Shown here: positions 25,322 through 39,479 of the stretch, piece by piece | Layout of the letters: the number at the start of each line of letters is the position of its first letter | Numbering within the stretch: position 1 is the stretch's first letter | DNA from: Lama glama | Lineage: Eukaryota | Assembly (NCBI GenBank): GCA_028534125.1 | Contig: CM052817.1 | Coordinates: forward strand, 55,678,001-55,742,000 | Direction of reading: 5' to 3' | Length of the DNA stretch: 64,000 nt | The notes under the pieces: model-generated | What the model was told of the DNA's origin: nothing | Database searches by the model: none | Seen by the model: the letters and a program-made list of their open reading frames with translations, nothing else | Program-made: the position numbers and the translations under genes

Positions 25322-26900
25322 ATAACTCATTCACTCATCATTTGTTAAGCACCTGTTATGAGCAAATTACTCTTCTGAAGTAGAGGAAAAGACAGTTTCT
25401 ATCCTTTCTAAGTTCAGTGCATGGCAGGAGAAACAGTTATAAAACAAAAAGGCCATTCAGCTTGGTGGGCACAGTGATAGAGGACTGCCTGTTAAAGGAA
25501 TGGAAAGGAATAACCTTGCACAGAATGAAGAGGGCAGGTTATAGAAAGAATCTTACAGAAGAGAAAACTAAATTAAGACATTTTCTGCCTAACAAGGAAG
25601 GTAAGGAATTACATTGTACATGATCACATTCTTCAGTTAAGCCCAGAGATGGAAGGACATGTGGTCTACAAGGAACTCTATGCTGTTTGCTCTGACCCCA
25701 GCATAAGTTGAGATGTGCTAAATATTAACAGATCTGGAACATTAAACACCTAATCTTTGTCTCAGAGAAATCTGAAATAATTCTAAGGCAATGGAGGAAG
25801 TATTGAGAGAGTTTGGAAACTAACAGATTAGGGAAGGTATTGCAAAATATAAGAAGAAATATTCAGTTCGTAATGTTTGACAGGTGCTCTTATTGTTGTA
25901 GAGGAGAAAGATGAAAGAATTTCAAAAGGCATGATCAACAAAGATGGCTGTTTAATTGAATATAAGGGATAATGGAAAGAAAACATTTAATGGGACTTCC
26001 AAGTTACAGGCTTGAGTGAATATGTAGATGGCGAATGTGTAGATGGTAATAAGATAGACAGAAGTAAGACAGAAGAATTAAATGTTTGGAAATTTTGTGT
26101 TTTAGATGTTCAGTTTCAGTATCTTACTGGAAGTGTTCCATTAAGTGGAAGAATACATGGATCTGGAGAACAGACAGAGAGAACGGAGCTGTAGATATAA
26201 ATTTGACACCATCAGTGTCCACTAATTCTGGTTCTTGTACCTGTGAATTTGGTTGGATAGCCCAGAATAAGAGAGCAGGCTGTATTAAGCAGCTCATGAG
26301 ACTAGGATCTGGGTATGCAGGGAAAACGAAGGATCGGGCATGCACACCCATAGTGGGGTTAGCATGGATTGAATTGGACCACACAAGCACTGTTTATATG
26401 TGCTGACTTAGTTCTAACCAATTTACCATGAAGGAATGTGGGTGGAACATTGAAATATATGATAAGAAAAGCTGAAAATCAAAAGTTTTGTGAGAATTAT
26501 CCAGATTTGTAAGCATTGACCCCCAAAACAATAAACAAAAATTTATGTAGATCAAAAAAATATATATCTGAAGAACAGTCAAACCTATGGTGGTCATTCA
26601 GTGGAGTCACATCTAGTAAGAGAAGAGGAGAAGACAGAGAACAGAACCAAATAGGTCACCAATAACTTTTTTAAAAATCTAGTACAAGTTTTATTTTCCT
26701 TTATACTAGTTCATTTTTCTCCAGTGACAACAGGAATAAATCCAAAGTGAAAAAACACTCTCTGTGGTTCTGTAAGCAACAGTTTTCCTAAGGAAAATTT
26801 AGAGTTTCTCAGCTGAGAACTGAGGACATTTGTTGAAACTGAGGAGAAAAGCCATGAGTTAAAGAGATTGCTGAGACTAGTGAAGACTGGGAGTATCAGT
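25322..26900 (-). mobile_element. L2 LINE, interrupted by a DNA transposon
   Basis: ctcattcactcatcatttgttaagcacct at the 3' end; gctgtagatataaatttgacaccatcag before and gagaagaggagaagacagagaacagaacc after the 26214-26590 insert. Confidence 0.7.
26214..26590. mobile_element. hAT-Charlie element, MER102-like
   Basis: ttagttctaaccaatttaccatgaaggaatgtggg..agaaaagctgaaaatc..ccagatttgtaa resembles the MER102 internal region; inserted within L2. Confidence 0.5.
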
Positions 26901-27384
26901 ATCTCTAAGTAGGAAAAAGTGCTTAATGGTTATTGCATATGGACTCTGGTCGACTTTAAGTTTGGAGGAAAAAAATGTATAGTTTAACAAATAGCCTAAT
27001 ACTATGGTTTTCCCCAATGTCATTCAGTGGTTCAAAGGACAGAGATAAGTAGGTTGGTTGAACAATTTAGAGACAGCATTATATAAGCATGTGTGCCAGA
27101 AATATGAGAAGGCGAAGTGGTTGAGGGCATCACAGGAAGTATTTGATGATCTATGAGGCTTCAGCCAGAAGGCTATGAATCCAGCAGCAACCTACTTCCT
27201 TTCACTTTCACTTTCTATATCAAAGAATATAATAGTGAATTGTTGTCTACAGGATGAGTCTTCTTAAAAGTAGTACTATTTTTCTGATAATATAAAAAAT
27301 ACAGAAAATAAAAGTCATGCTTAATTCACCATCTGGAAATAAAAACAGTTAATGTTTTGGTCCATTTCATTCCAGTCTATGTAA

Positions 27385-27500
27385 ATGTATGTATGGCATA
27401 TGTGTGTGTGTGTGTGTGTGGCGTGTGTTCTGGGGGCTGGGAGAAGGCTACAGAGGGAAAAAAGGGGATAGAGAGGGAGAGAAATGAGAGACAGAGAGAT
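27385..27500. repeat. (GT)n and (GA)n microsatellites
   Basis: Directly visible. Confidence 0.9.
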
Positions 27501-28059
27501 AGTTGTAGGTGCATATATATTTTACTTTGGTTATTTTTCAATTTTTCTTTTAAATTAATATTTTCTTGTGAATATTCTCAAATAATTAACAGTTAAAAAT
27601 ACGCTTTGCAAATGATTGCACTTAATTTATAAAATAAAGTATATTTGTATGACATTAAATTCTTATCTTATTCATCTTTATAAATGCTATTTTAAAAAAC
27701 ATTTTTCCACTTACAACTTCACTCATCAATGATTTTATCTTTGGCTTTATAATAGGTAATTAGAAAAATTAATTGTGTCAAATGTTATCAACACATTGAA
27801 GGTCTTGCTACCTACTTTCAGAAAGATTTTCAGAGAGTTTGGAGTTGTGGCTGGAAATGGAAAGATTAGTCCTTTCTTAACAAAACCACCATTATAGCAG
27901 ATGTGAGTACTTACATTCTAATTCTCAGGTTCTTTAAGGATTTTTTCCTATTTTATTGAAAATAGATTTTCTCCCAGATCTACTACCTTCTTCTTTGACT
28001 TTTTTGATATAATAAAATTTTCTCCCTAATGTCTCTTAGCAAAATTATGTTTATATTTT

Positions 28060-28230
28060 ATTTAATATTTTTTTAGTGTTTGTCTTATTAGACTTTAAAC
28101 CCCAAAAAGCAAATAATCATTCAATCTTATTTAAACTTTTATTCTAGCTTCCAGCACGTTGTCTAGCACATAGTAAACTATTAATGTGTGTTTATTCAGT
28201 GGATGAAAGATGAAGGAATAAAGGAAGAAA
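28060..28230 (+). mobile_element. L2 3' end
   Basis: ttagactttaaaccc..ccagcacgttgtctagcacatagtaaact..tggatgaaagatgaaggaa. Confidence 0.65.
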
Positions 28231-28599
28231 TAGCAAATTTAATTAAAAAAATATACAAAGTATTACCTTACCAGTAGCGTTTAATTCCCAGTGCCGGTTG
28301 TCATTTCTAGCATTATGACCCTGTAAGTCCTCCCTTGCTTTATGACCAGTTATTTCAAGGAGTGGCAATATGTAAAATGATGTCAAAATTGTAATAGTGA
28401 AAAAAGAGGTAGCACAACAGAGGCAATTAAATATATCTAGTAAATGCTTGTTATTTTTATGCTACTAATGTTAACTCTTCCATAGCATGTAAGAGATTTT
28501 GGAACATTTTACATTTAATGTCTCTTCAATAGGTTTTAGAAGTGATGTGGCTAAAACTTGACCATCTATGAGAAAATTAGAAATTTGTAAACTGATTAA

Positions 28600-28850
28600 A
28601 TACTGACTAGATATTAATGACTAGGGATTAATTATTTAATTTGATAATTATATTATGGTTGTTATAAAAATATGTTATCTTATTGAAATGATTATGGATG
28701 GAATGATATAATTCTGGCATTCTCTACAAAAAATAACTTAAGGGAGAATTTAGGGGTCTATCATAAATTAATAATTTTTAACACTAGATAGAGGTTAAAG
28801 AAGCAATTGTATCAACAATTATGTAGGTTTGAAATTTTTCATAACATATA
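28600..28850 (+). mobile_element. Ancient L1ME-type 3' fragment
   Basis: gataattatattatggttgtta..attatggatggaatgatataattctgg..atgtaggtttgaaatttttcataa. Confidence 0.55.
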
Positions 28851-28899
28851 GAAATATAATATATAGGGTTTTTTTTAAGTTTGGCAGGTGATTTTATAT

Positions 28900-29178
28900 A
28901 TATTCTGTTTCTTAAGGGGTTAAATTATGCAAGAGCCAAAAAGAACTGACCATAGAAAGATTCTGTGAAGAAATAGTCTTGCTAACTATAATTCTGTATT
29001 GCTATCTTAAAGGTTCAAAAGCCATAATACACATAAATATATCAAAGTCTTTGACAAATTCTGATATAAAATAATTTAACATGTTTTATCCCACTATTCC
29101 CAAATAACTTGATCACTTAACCATTTTATCATCATATTAGTACTGTTAATATCCCAAGGAATACTCCAAGATAAGCTT
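28900..29178. mobile_element. hAT-Charlie MITE, MER103-like
   Basis: atcaaagtctttgacaaattct..ttcccaaataacttgatcac..accatttt..tgttaatatcccaaggaatact. Confidence 0.55.
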
Positions 29179-29242
29179 TAATCTGTGATGTTTCACCACT
29201 CATGTAGTTATTGAACTTCCACTGATATCCCTTCCTATTAAA

Positions 29243-29420
29243 GACAGCACAGGCTTTGATGTCAAATAACTGTGGTTTAGAAATCTAGATGCACCAGTTA
29301 CTGGCTGTGTAAACCTGGACAAGGTGATTAATATCTCTGAAACTCATTTTTCTCTTCTGTAAATTAGATATAAAAATAATTCTTCAGAGAGTTATTGTTA
29401 CAATTAAGTGTACCTCCACA
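29243..29420 (+). mobile_element. MIR SINE
   Basis: gcacaggctttgatgtca..ttactggctgtgtaaacctggacaaggtgattaa..ctcatttttctcttctgtaaa. Confidence 0.8.
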
Positions 29421-29510
29421 TGTAGTGTTAATAAATTACCTAGTTAAATGCATTATTTACTAAGAAATTTTATTTAGGTCAATAAACAAAATAAATCAAC
29501 AAACTAGGCT

Positions 29511-29644
29511 GAGGTAGGGTATAGCTCAAGTGGTAGAGCGCATGCTTAGCATGCACAAGGTCCTGGGTTCAATCCCCAGTACCTCCCCTAAACAGAAATA
29601 AATAAATAAACCTAACTGCCTCCCCCAGGAAAATGTTTTTTAAA
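29511..29644 (+). mobile_element. tRNA-Ala(AGC)-derived camelid SINE (Vic-1-like)
   Basis: gggtatagctcaagtggtagagcgcatgcttagcatgcacaaggtcctgggttcaatccccagtacctcc, then (aaat)n and cctaactgcctccccc. TSD aaactagg at 29501-29508 and 29645-29652. Confidence 0.92.
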
Positions 29645-30209
29645 AAACTAGGATATAAGAAAAATAGTCTGAAATTACTTAAATTTGTTTTATTGTGCAT
29701 GTATAAAATGATTATAATTTATTTACAAATTTGATTTAAAAGATGGATGTTTCGTGAATGCTAAAGAAAGCTTATGTAAACTTCAGCCAGTTATTATCTT
29801 TTTGGTTAAGGAGGACTGTATTTCTACTGGAGGATATACTCAGCTGGAAAATGGAGCACTGTGTCTATTTTTAAGTGTAACAGTAAGGTAATAACCAGGA
29901 GTACAAGAGGGTTTATAAATTCAATGAGCTTAAGTTTTTCAAATAGACATATTTGGTCTAAAATAGACAAGATTGGCACACATATGATTAGCCTTTCTAG
30001 CAATGTGTAGCACTAATTTGTAGAAAAGGGATTAAAGTTATCATGAATTGCATCAGGTTATCAGAAATAAAATGTGATGTTTCCCAATCCTTTACTTTGG
30101 CTTTCTTTAAACTAAGTTTCCTAAATGTAAGGTACTTTGAATTGGTAGAAAACCTATACCCAGATCATTTATATGGGTATGATTATTCCATTAATGTGAA
30201 ATATTATGA

Positions 30210-30805
30210 ACTGTTAAAGGATATAACATTGCACTCCACCCAATATTCATGTCCCCCCACTTCCTTAGTTTAGACATAGAGTGCTGATTTCATTGTGATG
30301 TCTACCTCTGTCCTATATACCTCTAGAGCACGAGACCATCTCCCAAGGTCAACAAGTCATGGTTACTAGGTAAATTCCAATTTTATGTGGTTCTGTTTCC
30401 CTTGCTTATAACTAATCAAGAAAGAGGTGACCCAATTCTGATTTATTAAATATATGGGTATTTGGCTTCATGTTGGCAGGTGAACATGTGTTCATGATTC
30501 CCTTACTCCTTTTCTGCCTCTAAATGTACTTGTGTTCTGCTTCAGCCATCATATAAGACCTGAAGATCTAGGCTGAGGGCAAAAATGACTTACTGAGGAT
30601 ACCAGACAGGAGAGATGCAAGGAACTTGTGATTGATGTTAACATCACTGAAACAGTAAAACAGCAAACCCTCAAATCTGACCTGGCTCTGGAGGTCCTGT
30701 TGTACGAGATATGAGGTAACAGGTGTCCTTCATGATGAGTCAAGTTGAGTCAGGGTTATTGTTGATATGGTTGTTATTTTCAACTGGAGGTATGCTAATT
30801 AGGAT
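30210..30805 (+). mobile_element. ERVL-MaLR LTR (old MLT1 subfamily)
   Basis: cagccatc..actgaggat..gagagatgcaaggaact..gacctggctctggaggtcctgttgtacgaga..gtcaagttgagtcagggttattgtt. Confidence 0.6.
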
Positions 30806-32264
30806 GGAACAGCAACAATGACAACAATCTTAAATATGGTCCAATCAGTGTACAAGTAGTTTTAGGGATGTATATTATCCCTAAGTATATTATAAATTAT
30901 ATATATATTCAGTTTTGCCAAGTAGCATAAATAGTCACAGATACACAGTGATATTGATTACATGTTCATCTGCTAAAAACCGTAAGGTCAAACTTAGCAA
31001 GGCAGTCATAACATGAAATAATTTGTTTCAAAACAATATTTTGAGTTAATGTTGAAATAATTCCAAAATGTAAATAAAGCCAAAGATGTCAGGAAAACAC
31101 TGATGTTAGCTTATCACAGTTTACTGGCAAAATAAGCTAAATCAATGAGAATTTTTGATAAAGTAGAAGTATGTGTGTGTGTGAGGAAGTATATATTCAT
31201 TTCTTATTTATTTTAATTAATATGGCCTTTATTTCTTCTATTATAATATCAAGTTCTGCATTTTTCTCTTCCTAAAAGATGTCTCTTTAGAAGTTCTACA
31301 GAATTCTCCAAAACAATAGGGTGGAGAGGTACAAAGGGATGATTGGATCTTATATCTATTTCACCACATTTTATTTTAAAACACTATGAACTGTTCATCA
31401 TAAGCAGGTTATTCAATAAACATACAACTGGCAGAATTGCATAAATTTTAACTAGACCTTCTATGATATACTACTGAGAGTAACATTTTTCAAACTGATA
31501 ATGGAAGAACATGAAAGGAATCTCTGTACAAAGCCTTAAAAACAAAATAGCTTAAATTCATCACTTTCTTAAATTGAGCAGAATCTTATGACGTCTTAAT
31601 CCTAATTTTTCAGTTATCTGACTTCAGTCAGTGCACTTCAAATAACAATTCTGGCAGAGAAAAAAATAATAATAGAAATAATAATGAATTGATATGTAGA
31701 AACAAACTGCTTAAAGAACTTACATAGATGATTCTTGACAAAAGAAAAGATAAAACAATATTCATGCATAATAATGTACCTTAATATTTGAATTGCAATA
31801 ATTTTTATAAATATTTTCATTTAATTAATTTGATTCTGTAACTAAGCTCACAAGATGATTTAAAAATCACTCCCATGTGAAAATAGGAAATTTCCCTTAA
31901 GGCAGAGATGTTTATGATCATTCTTGTATTCTCACCTCAACATACAGTGTCTATTAAGGCAATATAGAAGTATAATAAAATGAAATAAATGTTAAATTAT
32001 GAATGATATATAAAAATAATTTATTTCCCTATAGAATTCGTCAATCACTTCAAAAAAGAGAAGGGAGACTTCTAAACATTATATTCACTTCATGTTATAT
32101 AGGAAAGGATATTTATTTTTCACATCAAGGAGATCAAAAGAAGAGTTATTAAAGATTTGTCATACTCCAGTGCATATTAAACTTACATGAGTCCAAAATA
32201 TGGAAACAAGGTAATTATTTTGAAAGTATCCACTAAAAGGAAAAATATCTGCTTTTTTTTTGTT

Positions 32265-32436
32265 CTTTATTAAATTGAAGCATAGTTGATTTACAACATT
32301 GTGTTAGTTTCAGGAGTACAGCAAAGTAATTCAGTTTTTTATATATATATATATATTTTTTCTTTTTCAGATTCTTTTCCATTACAAGTTATTACAAGAT
32401 ATTGAATACAGTTCTCTGTGCTATACAGTAGGTCCT
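32265..32436 (-). mobile_element. Short L1 3' end (laurasiatherian type)
   Basis: aattgaagcatagttgatttacaacattgtgttagtttcagg..ttattacaagatattgaatacagttctctgtgctatacagtaggtcc. Confidence 0.88.
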
Positions 32437-35400
32437 TATTTTTTTATAAAGATATCTGATATTATGAAACATTTGACTTGTCCTGAAGAATTAGCCACTA
32501 AAATGTCTATAAACCTACAAAAATTTAGTATTTTTGCAATGTAATGTTTTTTTCCTATCATATTGAAAAAAAGAATATGCATATGCTCAATAAATAGAAT
32601 TCTCACAAATGGGAAACTTTCATCTCTGTAGGTCATCATAGGTACTTTTTTGATTTAATGTGTATTTAGAGACATGATGTGGCAAAGCATAAAAAAATGA
32701 GAAACTCAAATATATCTGCTTCATGTTTCAAAGAAAAGAAGCATGGTGCTCCATGTATTTGGGAATGACGGTTAAGCTTGAACCTTAAATTTGAATTTAC
32801 TCCCTGAAATAGGAATGCTTCCATCTTCTGTGCTCTAAATCTATGATCACATTTAATGTCGGGTTTTGTTTTTTTTTAAGATCTTCTTTAAAACTTGTCA
32901 GGTTAATGCACTTTGTATACTTACATAAAAAATATATATCCATTTCATCTAAATTTTTTATAGCTGCCAAAATGAAAATGTCATAATGATGCAAAAATGT
33001 ACTTCTATCACATAAAATAAATCACATTATTTTAAACAATTACCCTAAGAATAGTTATAGCAGGCTTGTGAAAAATGACACTGATTTGATTCTATTGATC
33101 CAGATTTGCATGTACTGTCTTTATGTAATCAGTATGATTAAAGTAATATTCTAGGGTTTTTTTGGAACCAGGTAATGACGGTAGGAAAATTAGAGGAATG
33201 CAAGTATGAAATCTTAGAAAATATTATCTTTATGAGTCCTCTGGTCATGAAGTAAAAATTCAAAAGGTGTATTTGCGTGTGTTTCCTGCTCCTCTCATTG
33301 CTATATTATGGATATTTTTGTAGAGAAATTTTTGTAAGTTTGGAAGTTCTTATATATAAGAAGCATACAGTCAATTAGTACATTTAAAATTTTATTAGGT
33401 ACTGGTAAATAAAAAGATGAAATGATAAAAGTATTAATGCACATATTAAGATAACATAATGTGCCAATAGAGGAGATAGAAGTTACAAGTATTTAAGATA
33501 AAGATTCAGCTTTAATTAACCCTGAAGAAGACTCTAGCCAAACCTTCATCTTAACCAAATGCCTTTGTATCAAAAAGTTTGGTAGGTATATTTCCATATT
33601 GTCCATTTTACATCTTATAATAATGTAGATTTCATACCAATGTGAGTGCCTAAATATTAAAAATATGAAAATAAAACAAAACAGATTTTAAAATACAAGC
33701 AAAGTATTCATTCTACAGTTTTCTCTCTAACTCTTTATATTCAATAAATATTTCATAAAAGGTCTACTTCCTCAATGTTTAGATTTGGGCTTTCTTTTGA
33801 ACTGATTTATTTTTATTTTGTTTCCATATTAATTGATATCATTTGCTTTGTCTCTACCTCTTATATTTGAGAGAAATTAATTTCTCACTTTTTCCCTAGA
33901 GAAATCATTCTCTTCACCCCACATCACACTTGACCTTCCCTTTTAAATGGGGAACTCGATTTATTTATGTGAAATAAATGGTATTGAATGACTGCCTAGG
34001 TTGAATGCATTTTTTTACCATTATCCTTGGGGTATAATTAAGGGCAAAACACTTTCTTAATTTGTTTTATGAGTGAAAAATGGAAATATCACTGTAGCAA
34101 TTCACTACGAACTGTATTGTGCAGTAAAACTGCTCCTTGCAGTTTTGCCATTCTTTCCAAATTGGTCTAACTACAGGTAGAGATTCATTAAGAATAAACC
34201 AGGGTAAAACTTCGGTCCACTGAAATGCAATGAATTTGTTTTGTAAAACTTTCTTTATTTGGTAGCATGTTAGGAAAAAAGAGAAAAGGTAAGAAAATAC
34301 GTAATGCCAGTGTAGATGTCAAGACAATGTCAAATCATCTCACTATCTCATTCTTCCTACATTTATTCAGATAGGAGGCTACATATGAGAGCTCTTTAAA
34401 AACTGTAAGACTTTTTGTAAACATGTAATGAGTTATATATTAGAAGTATTTGATTATTTACTGTTATTTCACAAAGCACTTTAAATTCCACTACATATGC
34501 ACTTTTCATCCAAAAGAAAACTTACTTCTATAGCATTTTTGAATCAAAGAGACACCAAGATTCAGAGCCTAGGACTTATTTGTGGCTCTACCTCTTGTCA
34601 CAGTCTGCCACTTTCATCCCCAAACATATCAGCCATTTGTATCACACTATGCTTTCTAAAGAGAGAAAAGAATTTCAGCTAAGATGTTGGCATTTATGCC
34701 AAACAGTGGCCATGCTAATGGGAGAGTATCTCCTATGTGACTCACATCTCTGTGTGTGGAAATAGAAAGAAGTTCTTGTAAAGGTCTTCATTGTGTAAAC
34801 GTCTAGTCCTCCACAAACACTTTTAGAGCTGAAGAGGGAAACCTTACTCTTTAAAGTCAAAAGAAAGGACACAAACAACACACAGGTGATTTAGATAATG
34901 AGAAGTGTTAAGGCTCTTGTAAAAATAAAAGTAATCTTAGGATCCACAGTCATTCCTCCAGAAAAGTGTTTTTCCAGCTCTTTGTACCAAACACATTTTC
35001 AACAGTTTTTGCCAAACATATTTGAAATTTTGGTGTTGTAACCCTCTGTGGGATTTAGAAAGGCCAAAAATAATTTTCAAAATTATCAGTTTAAGCGTTC
35101 TAAAATGTCACAGGTACCTGGAGTAGTAAAAGCAGAACATCACTCTTGACCAATAGCCTTAATGAGCTAAGGCAAATCAAGAAGAGAGAATCTTACAGTA
35201 AGTTTTATTTTCCATATAAGATGCTCATGGATGTACATACTTGCAAGGTTTAGTGCAAGAGAACTGGTCATTTCCATGGATTGGACCTCGGATCTCACCT
35301 TGTCTGGTGAGAAAATTAGTCATTTGGAATGAAAAGCAGACAACAGAATGCACAAAGTGATATTAAGCAGAGTCAATTAGTTAGGATATCCTCTGTTAGC

Positions 35401-36559
35401 TCATTGCCAGAAAATCTATAAAATGATTCAAAGAACCTCTACTTTTAATTCAGGTGAAAAATACGGATGTTCAAAAGATTGATGGATTTGATAAACAATT
35501 AGCTAAGTGACTGGCTAGAGCTTAACTACTTTCAGAATGCTTTGGTCTAATGAAATTTAAAGAGAAAATATAAAATCACTCGCACAAAAAAAATCCAAGC
35601 AACACATAGCTGGTGTTAGTTATCTGTGATATTGCAAAGTTTCTGACTAGAGAAAATATGGATTTGTGATTGGCTTCTCTGCTATTTTAAAATAATCAAA
35701 ACATTTCAATGGAATATAGGCCATCTAATTCAATACCTGTTTCTCTTACTATTATAATGCTAAATATAAATCAACCCGAATTAGATACCTACTTGTAAAA
35801 ATAGTAAGTTTTAAATTATTTATCATGGAAAAAGATAATTATAATGCATAGACAAGTTAAAGTCCACCATTCAGAAAGGATGTTTAAGCCTTATTTCCAT
35901 AAAATCTTCCCCAAAACAGGTAAAAAAATCAACATGTAAATAACAAAATCACACAATTGCTTTTCCTTCTTTCTCTTGCATTTTCAATCCGCTGGCAGAA
36001 AAGAAAGAATCCCAAGTCCAGGAAGGGAATTAATATTTATTATGCAGCTACACATTATTCATAATATTTATTTTTAGATTAATTTTTACATGAAGTTTGT
36101 TCACTTGGCTCTGATTCTTGGTGGGGAAATGAAAATTCAGAGAGTTAATAGTTAATAAGTAGCAACTGTCATAGTCAAGTTTTGAAACCAGTCCTGTCTT
36201 AAAACAAAGACTTCCCCAAATGTTTTGCATGATTCATAGCCCAGACAGGTTGATCATCTACACAACAGAGACCTGGTCACCAGTGAGTGTTTTATTCTGT
36301 TTGACTAGATGTTGGCTAAGTAATGGCATTCTGTTAAAGATAAAGATGAAGGTCATAAATTTTGACTTTTATTTTTCATTACTCTGAAAGCTACTTGAAA
36401 GACCTTCATCAATTCATTTAATCTCTCTTTTGTCAGCTTCTTAGATTATATATGAAGTGTGATAATATTTTCTGAAGGTACACAATGATAAGCTAAAGAT
36501 GTTATAAACTCTAGAGGAGCCATATATACATTTATTAAAAATCCATGGTGAAGAAATCA

Positions 36560-37160
36560 ATGGAGAAGACAGTGGAAAACTAAAACATACAATTGATCCG
36601 AACAAAAATAGGAGAGGAGAAAGAAAAGAATAGATAAATAATAAAACAAAGACTTTGGTGGTATAATTAATTCCATCCATATAAATAATGACTATAAATA
36701 CAAAAGGAATATATACTCTTCTTAAAAGCAGTAAACATCCTACTGGATTGAAAAGAAAGACCCAATTATATGCTATTTACAAAAGATGCACATAAAATAT
36801 AAAGTAGCAAAGAGTTTTTTTAAAATTTGAAAATTTATGCCATGTAAACACCAATCATGAGAAGGTCTAAGTGGATATATTAGACAAAGTTGACCTGAGG
36901 AAAAAGAGTATGAACAGAGAGATAGTTTAGTGATGATGAAGGAAACATTCATCAAGAAGACATACAAATATTCAATATGTATGTACTCATTAATGAAAAC
37001 TCAAAATACAATAAGCAAAAAGAAAAAAACCTTGGCAAATTGTAGGGGAAAATAGTAAATTCAAATTATAATTAGATATTTCAAACCCTTCTCTCAGTGA
37101 TTGAAAGAATAAGTAGAGAAAAATCTAGTAAGGATAAAATGATCCAAACACACAATACTA
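36560..37160 (+). mobile_element. Ancient L1 fragment (ORF2 endonuclease region)
   Basis: actggattgaaaagaaagacccaattatatgctatttacaaaaga..gccatgtaaacaccaatca..attcatcaagaagacatac..agatatttcaaacccttctctcagtgattga. Confidence 0.75.
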
Positions 37161-37909
37161 TTTCTATCCTAAATCCTAAAATATAAAAGGAGACAATACT
37201 TTCCAATATAAATATTGAGTTACATTTTCCCAAATATACATTGATATTACTTGTAGCATGTTTTATTTTGCCATGCCCAGCAAGCTCAGATTTGTATGCC
37301 CTTAATGACTTAAAAATATATTAAGAAACACTCTTATGGACTACATTTTTATGTTATATTAAAAAGCAGTCTGAGGTAACTAAATTATCTCTTTTAATAA
37401 ATTCAATATGGAACATATGGAAAGCCTCTGGGGAATATATATGTCACACATATATACAGTTTCTGAAACTGATAAAATGAAGAAAACGTATCAAAGAGGT
37501 TTCTAGGCTACATGGCCCAGGAATGCGTCTGGGACATACTACTCACCGTGTACTCAGCTCCTAGTACAGCACCTGATCCATGTAATGACTATTTTACTTT
37601 TCCATAAATTGTTTCAACAATTGAAAATTAATAAAATTGTTCCTTTTAAAATATTAGGCAGGGAACTAAGAGAAGAATGGGTAAAAAAGGAAAGATTGGC
37701 ATTCTCTAATAGGAAAAATAGTTATTAGTATAGACTATAAATAGGTTCAGATTTATTAAAAATATAAATTTGAAAGAGATAGGGTGAGGCACAGGGATGA
37801 GCTACACTCGTAACTCCAAGGAACTGGCGAGAGATTTAAGAATTAAAATGAAATGGATAGTTAATGTACTATGCAATTTGAAGTGAACTTTATTTAGAGA
37901 AGAGTAAGA

Positions 37910-39060
37910 TTGTAATGGAGGTCTGAAATTTCAAACATGACCCCAAAGCTATAAACCTTGAAGTATAACATTAAATAATAAACAGTGTATCAAAATAAAT
38001 CATAAACAAAATAGAAAGAAATGAACAATTTGGAAAATTTTCTCTTATAAGGTAAAATATTTGTATTTACTTAAATAAGGCTTATTATAAATCAATTAAG
38101 ATCAGTTCCCTCACAGAAAATTGGGTAAAGAACATAAATTCAGAAAAGAAGAAATATGTGAAAATATGAAAAACTCCTCAAACATCTTTGGAATGAAATT
38201 TAAACAGCCATGAAATTTTTTAATTTTTCAGATTGGCAAAGATTAAAATGAATAACAGTGTACAGTTTTGTTAAAAATGTGGGTGTCAGTCCATTCTAGT
38301 GACTATAACAAAAGTACCGTAAACTGGTGGCATATAATCAGCTCATATTTGTTTCGCACAGCTCTGGAAGCTGGAAAGTTCAAGATCATGGCAGCAGTAG
38401 ACTTTGTGTCTGAGGAGCGCCTGCTTCTGCACTGATGCCTTTCTTTTTACTGTAACCTCACGTGGCAGAAGAGGCTACAGAGCTCCCTGGGATCTCTTTT
38501 TCAGAGCGCTAATCCCATTTATGAGAGCTCCACCCTCATGACCTAGAACTTCCCAATGGCCCCACCTCCTAATAAGATCACAGTGGGTATTAAGTTTTGA
38601 CATGAATTTTGTGAGGACACAAACATACAATCCACATCAGTGGGAAGTGAGTACTGTCAAACACTTCTTGTCATACAGATGTTACAAATGCTAGTATGCA
38701 TTTGTAATGCATATGCATAAATTTTGGCCCAGCACTTTATCTTAAAAAAATCATCCAAGTATGCAAAAGTTCACTTTCTAAATTAATTCATTAATCACAA
38801 CTACCATGCTCTCTTTCATTTATGAAACTCTTACTCTTGCCAGGCAGTGTTACCAGGCTGGTGTTACTGTGATAAAGATGCACATGTAAGAATATCTGTT
38901 GCTACATTATTTATAATGTTAAAACAATGGAAGCAATCTAAATATTAACACAAATGCACTGATTATAATACATCCATATAGGAGTGGTGTGCAACCACTA
39001 AGATAATGATATATTCATGCACTTATAAGAATAGAAACGTGTCTTCTTCAATAAAATAAA
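37910..39060 (+). mobile_element. Ancient L1ME ORF2 3' fragment, split by an MLT1A LTR
   Basis: gaaaattgggtaaagaacataaa..tcagattggcaaagattaaaa..; resumes after 38644 and includes gctacattatttataat..aatggaagcaatctaaat. Confidence 0.7.
38284..38639 (-). mobile_element. MaLR solo LTR, MLT1A-like
   Basis: TG..CA termini; gctggaaagttcaagatca..ctaatcccatttatgagagctccaccctcatgacct..ggccccacctcctaat; perfect 5-bp TSD gtggg (38279-38283 / 38640-38644). Confidence 0.92.
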
Positions 39061-39479
39061 TATATTTAAATATAAATGATGTAATAGTCTGGTCTCTTAA
39101 TTTTTTATATCTGAATTTATGTACTATGTACAGAAAGTAACTTTCCATATTTTTTCTCATCAGTCATTTCATTTATGAAATAATGACCATGATTTACTTA
39201 CATAATTAAGAGAAAACTTCCCAAATAATGTAAAATACAAAACTCTTGACCCAGGGCTTATTTAAATTTCTTATCTCAGTCCTCATAATACTTGAATGAC
39301 GTTCAAAATAACCTGTAATTTTTTGTTTGTTTTTAACAATGGAGCTTGGTTCAGTCTCAGACTGAATTATAATTTTAGCCTGAGGACACTGCATGTATAT
39401 TTTTGAATATCTGTACTAATCTAAATCTAGTAAGTATCTCTCTGAATAAGGAACGCACTTAATGATGGATTTAGGTAAA

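Noticed and set aside
24932..25348. 138-aa ORF in mostly unique sequence
   Set aside because: Non-ATG start, composition typical of random AT-rich translation, no recognisable domain, and its end runs into an L2
26214..26560. Processed pseudogene (aataaa followed by an A run, overlapping ORFs)
   Set aside because: The interior resembles a MER102-like hAT element, there is no TSD, and the ORFs have no recognisable protein similarity
29515..29587. Possible tRNA-Ala(AGC) gene
   Set aside because: It has a SINE-specific tail, an A-rich end and a TSD, and a second diverged copy lies at 1945, so it is a tRNA-derived SINE
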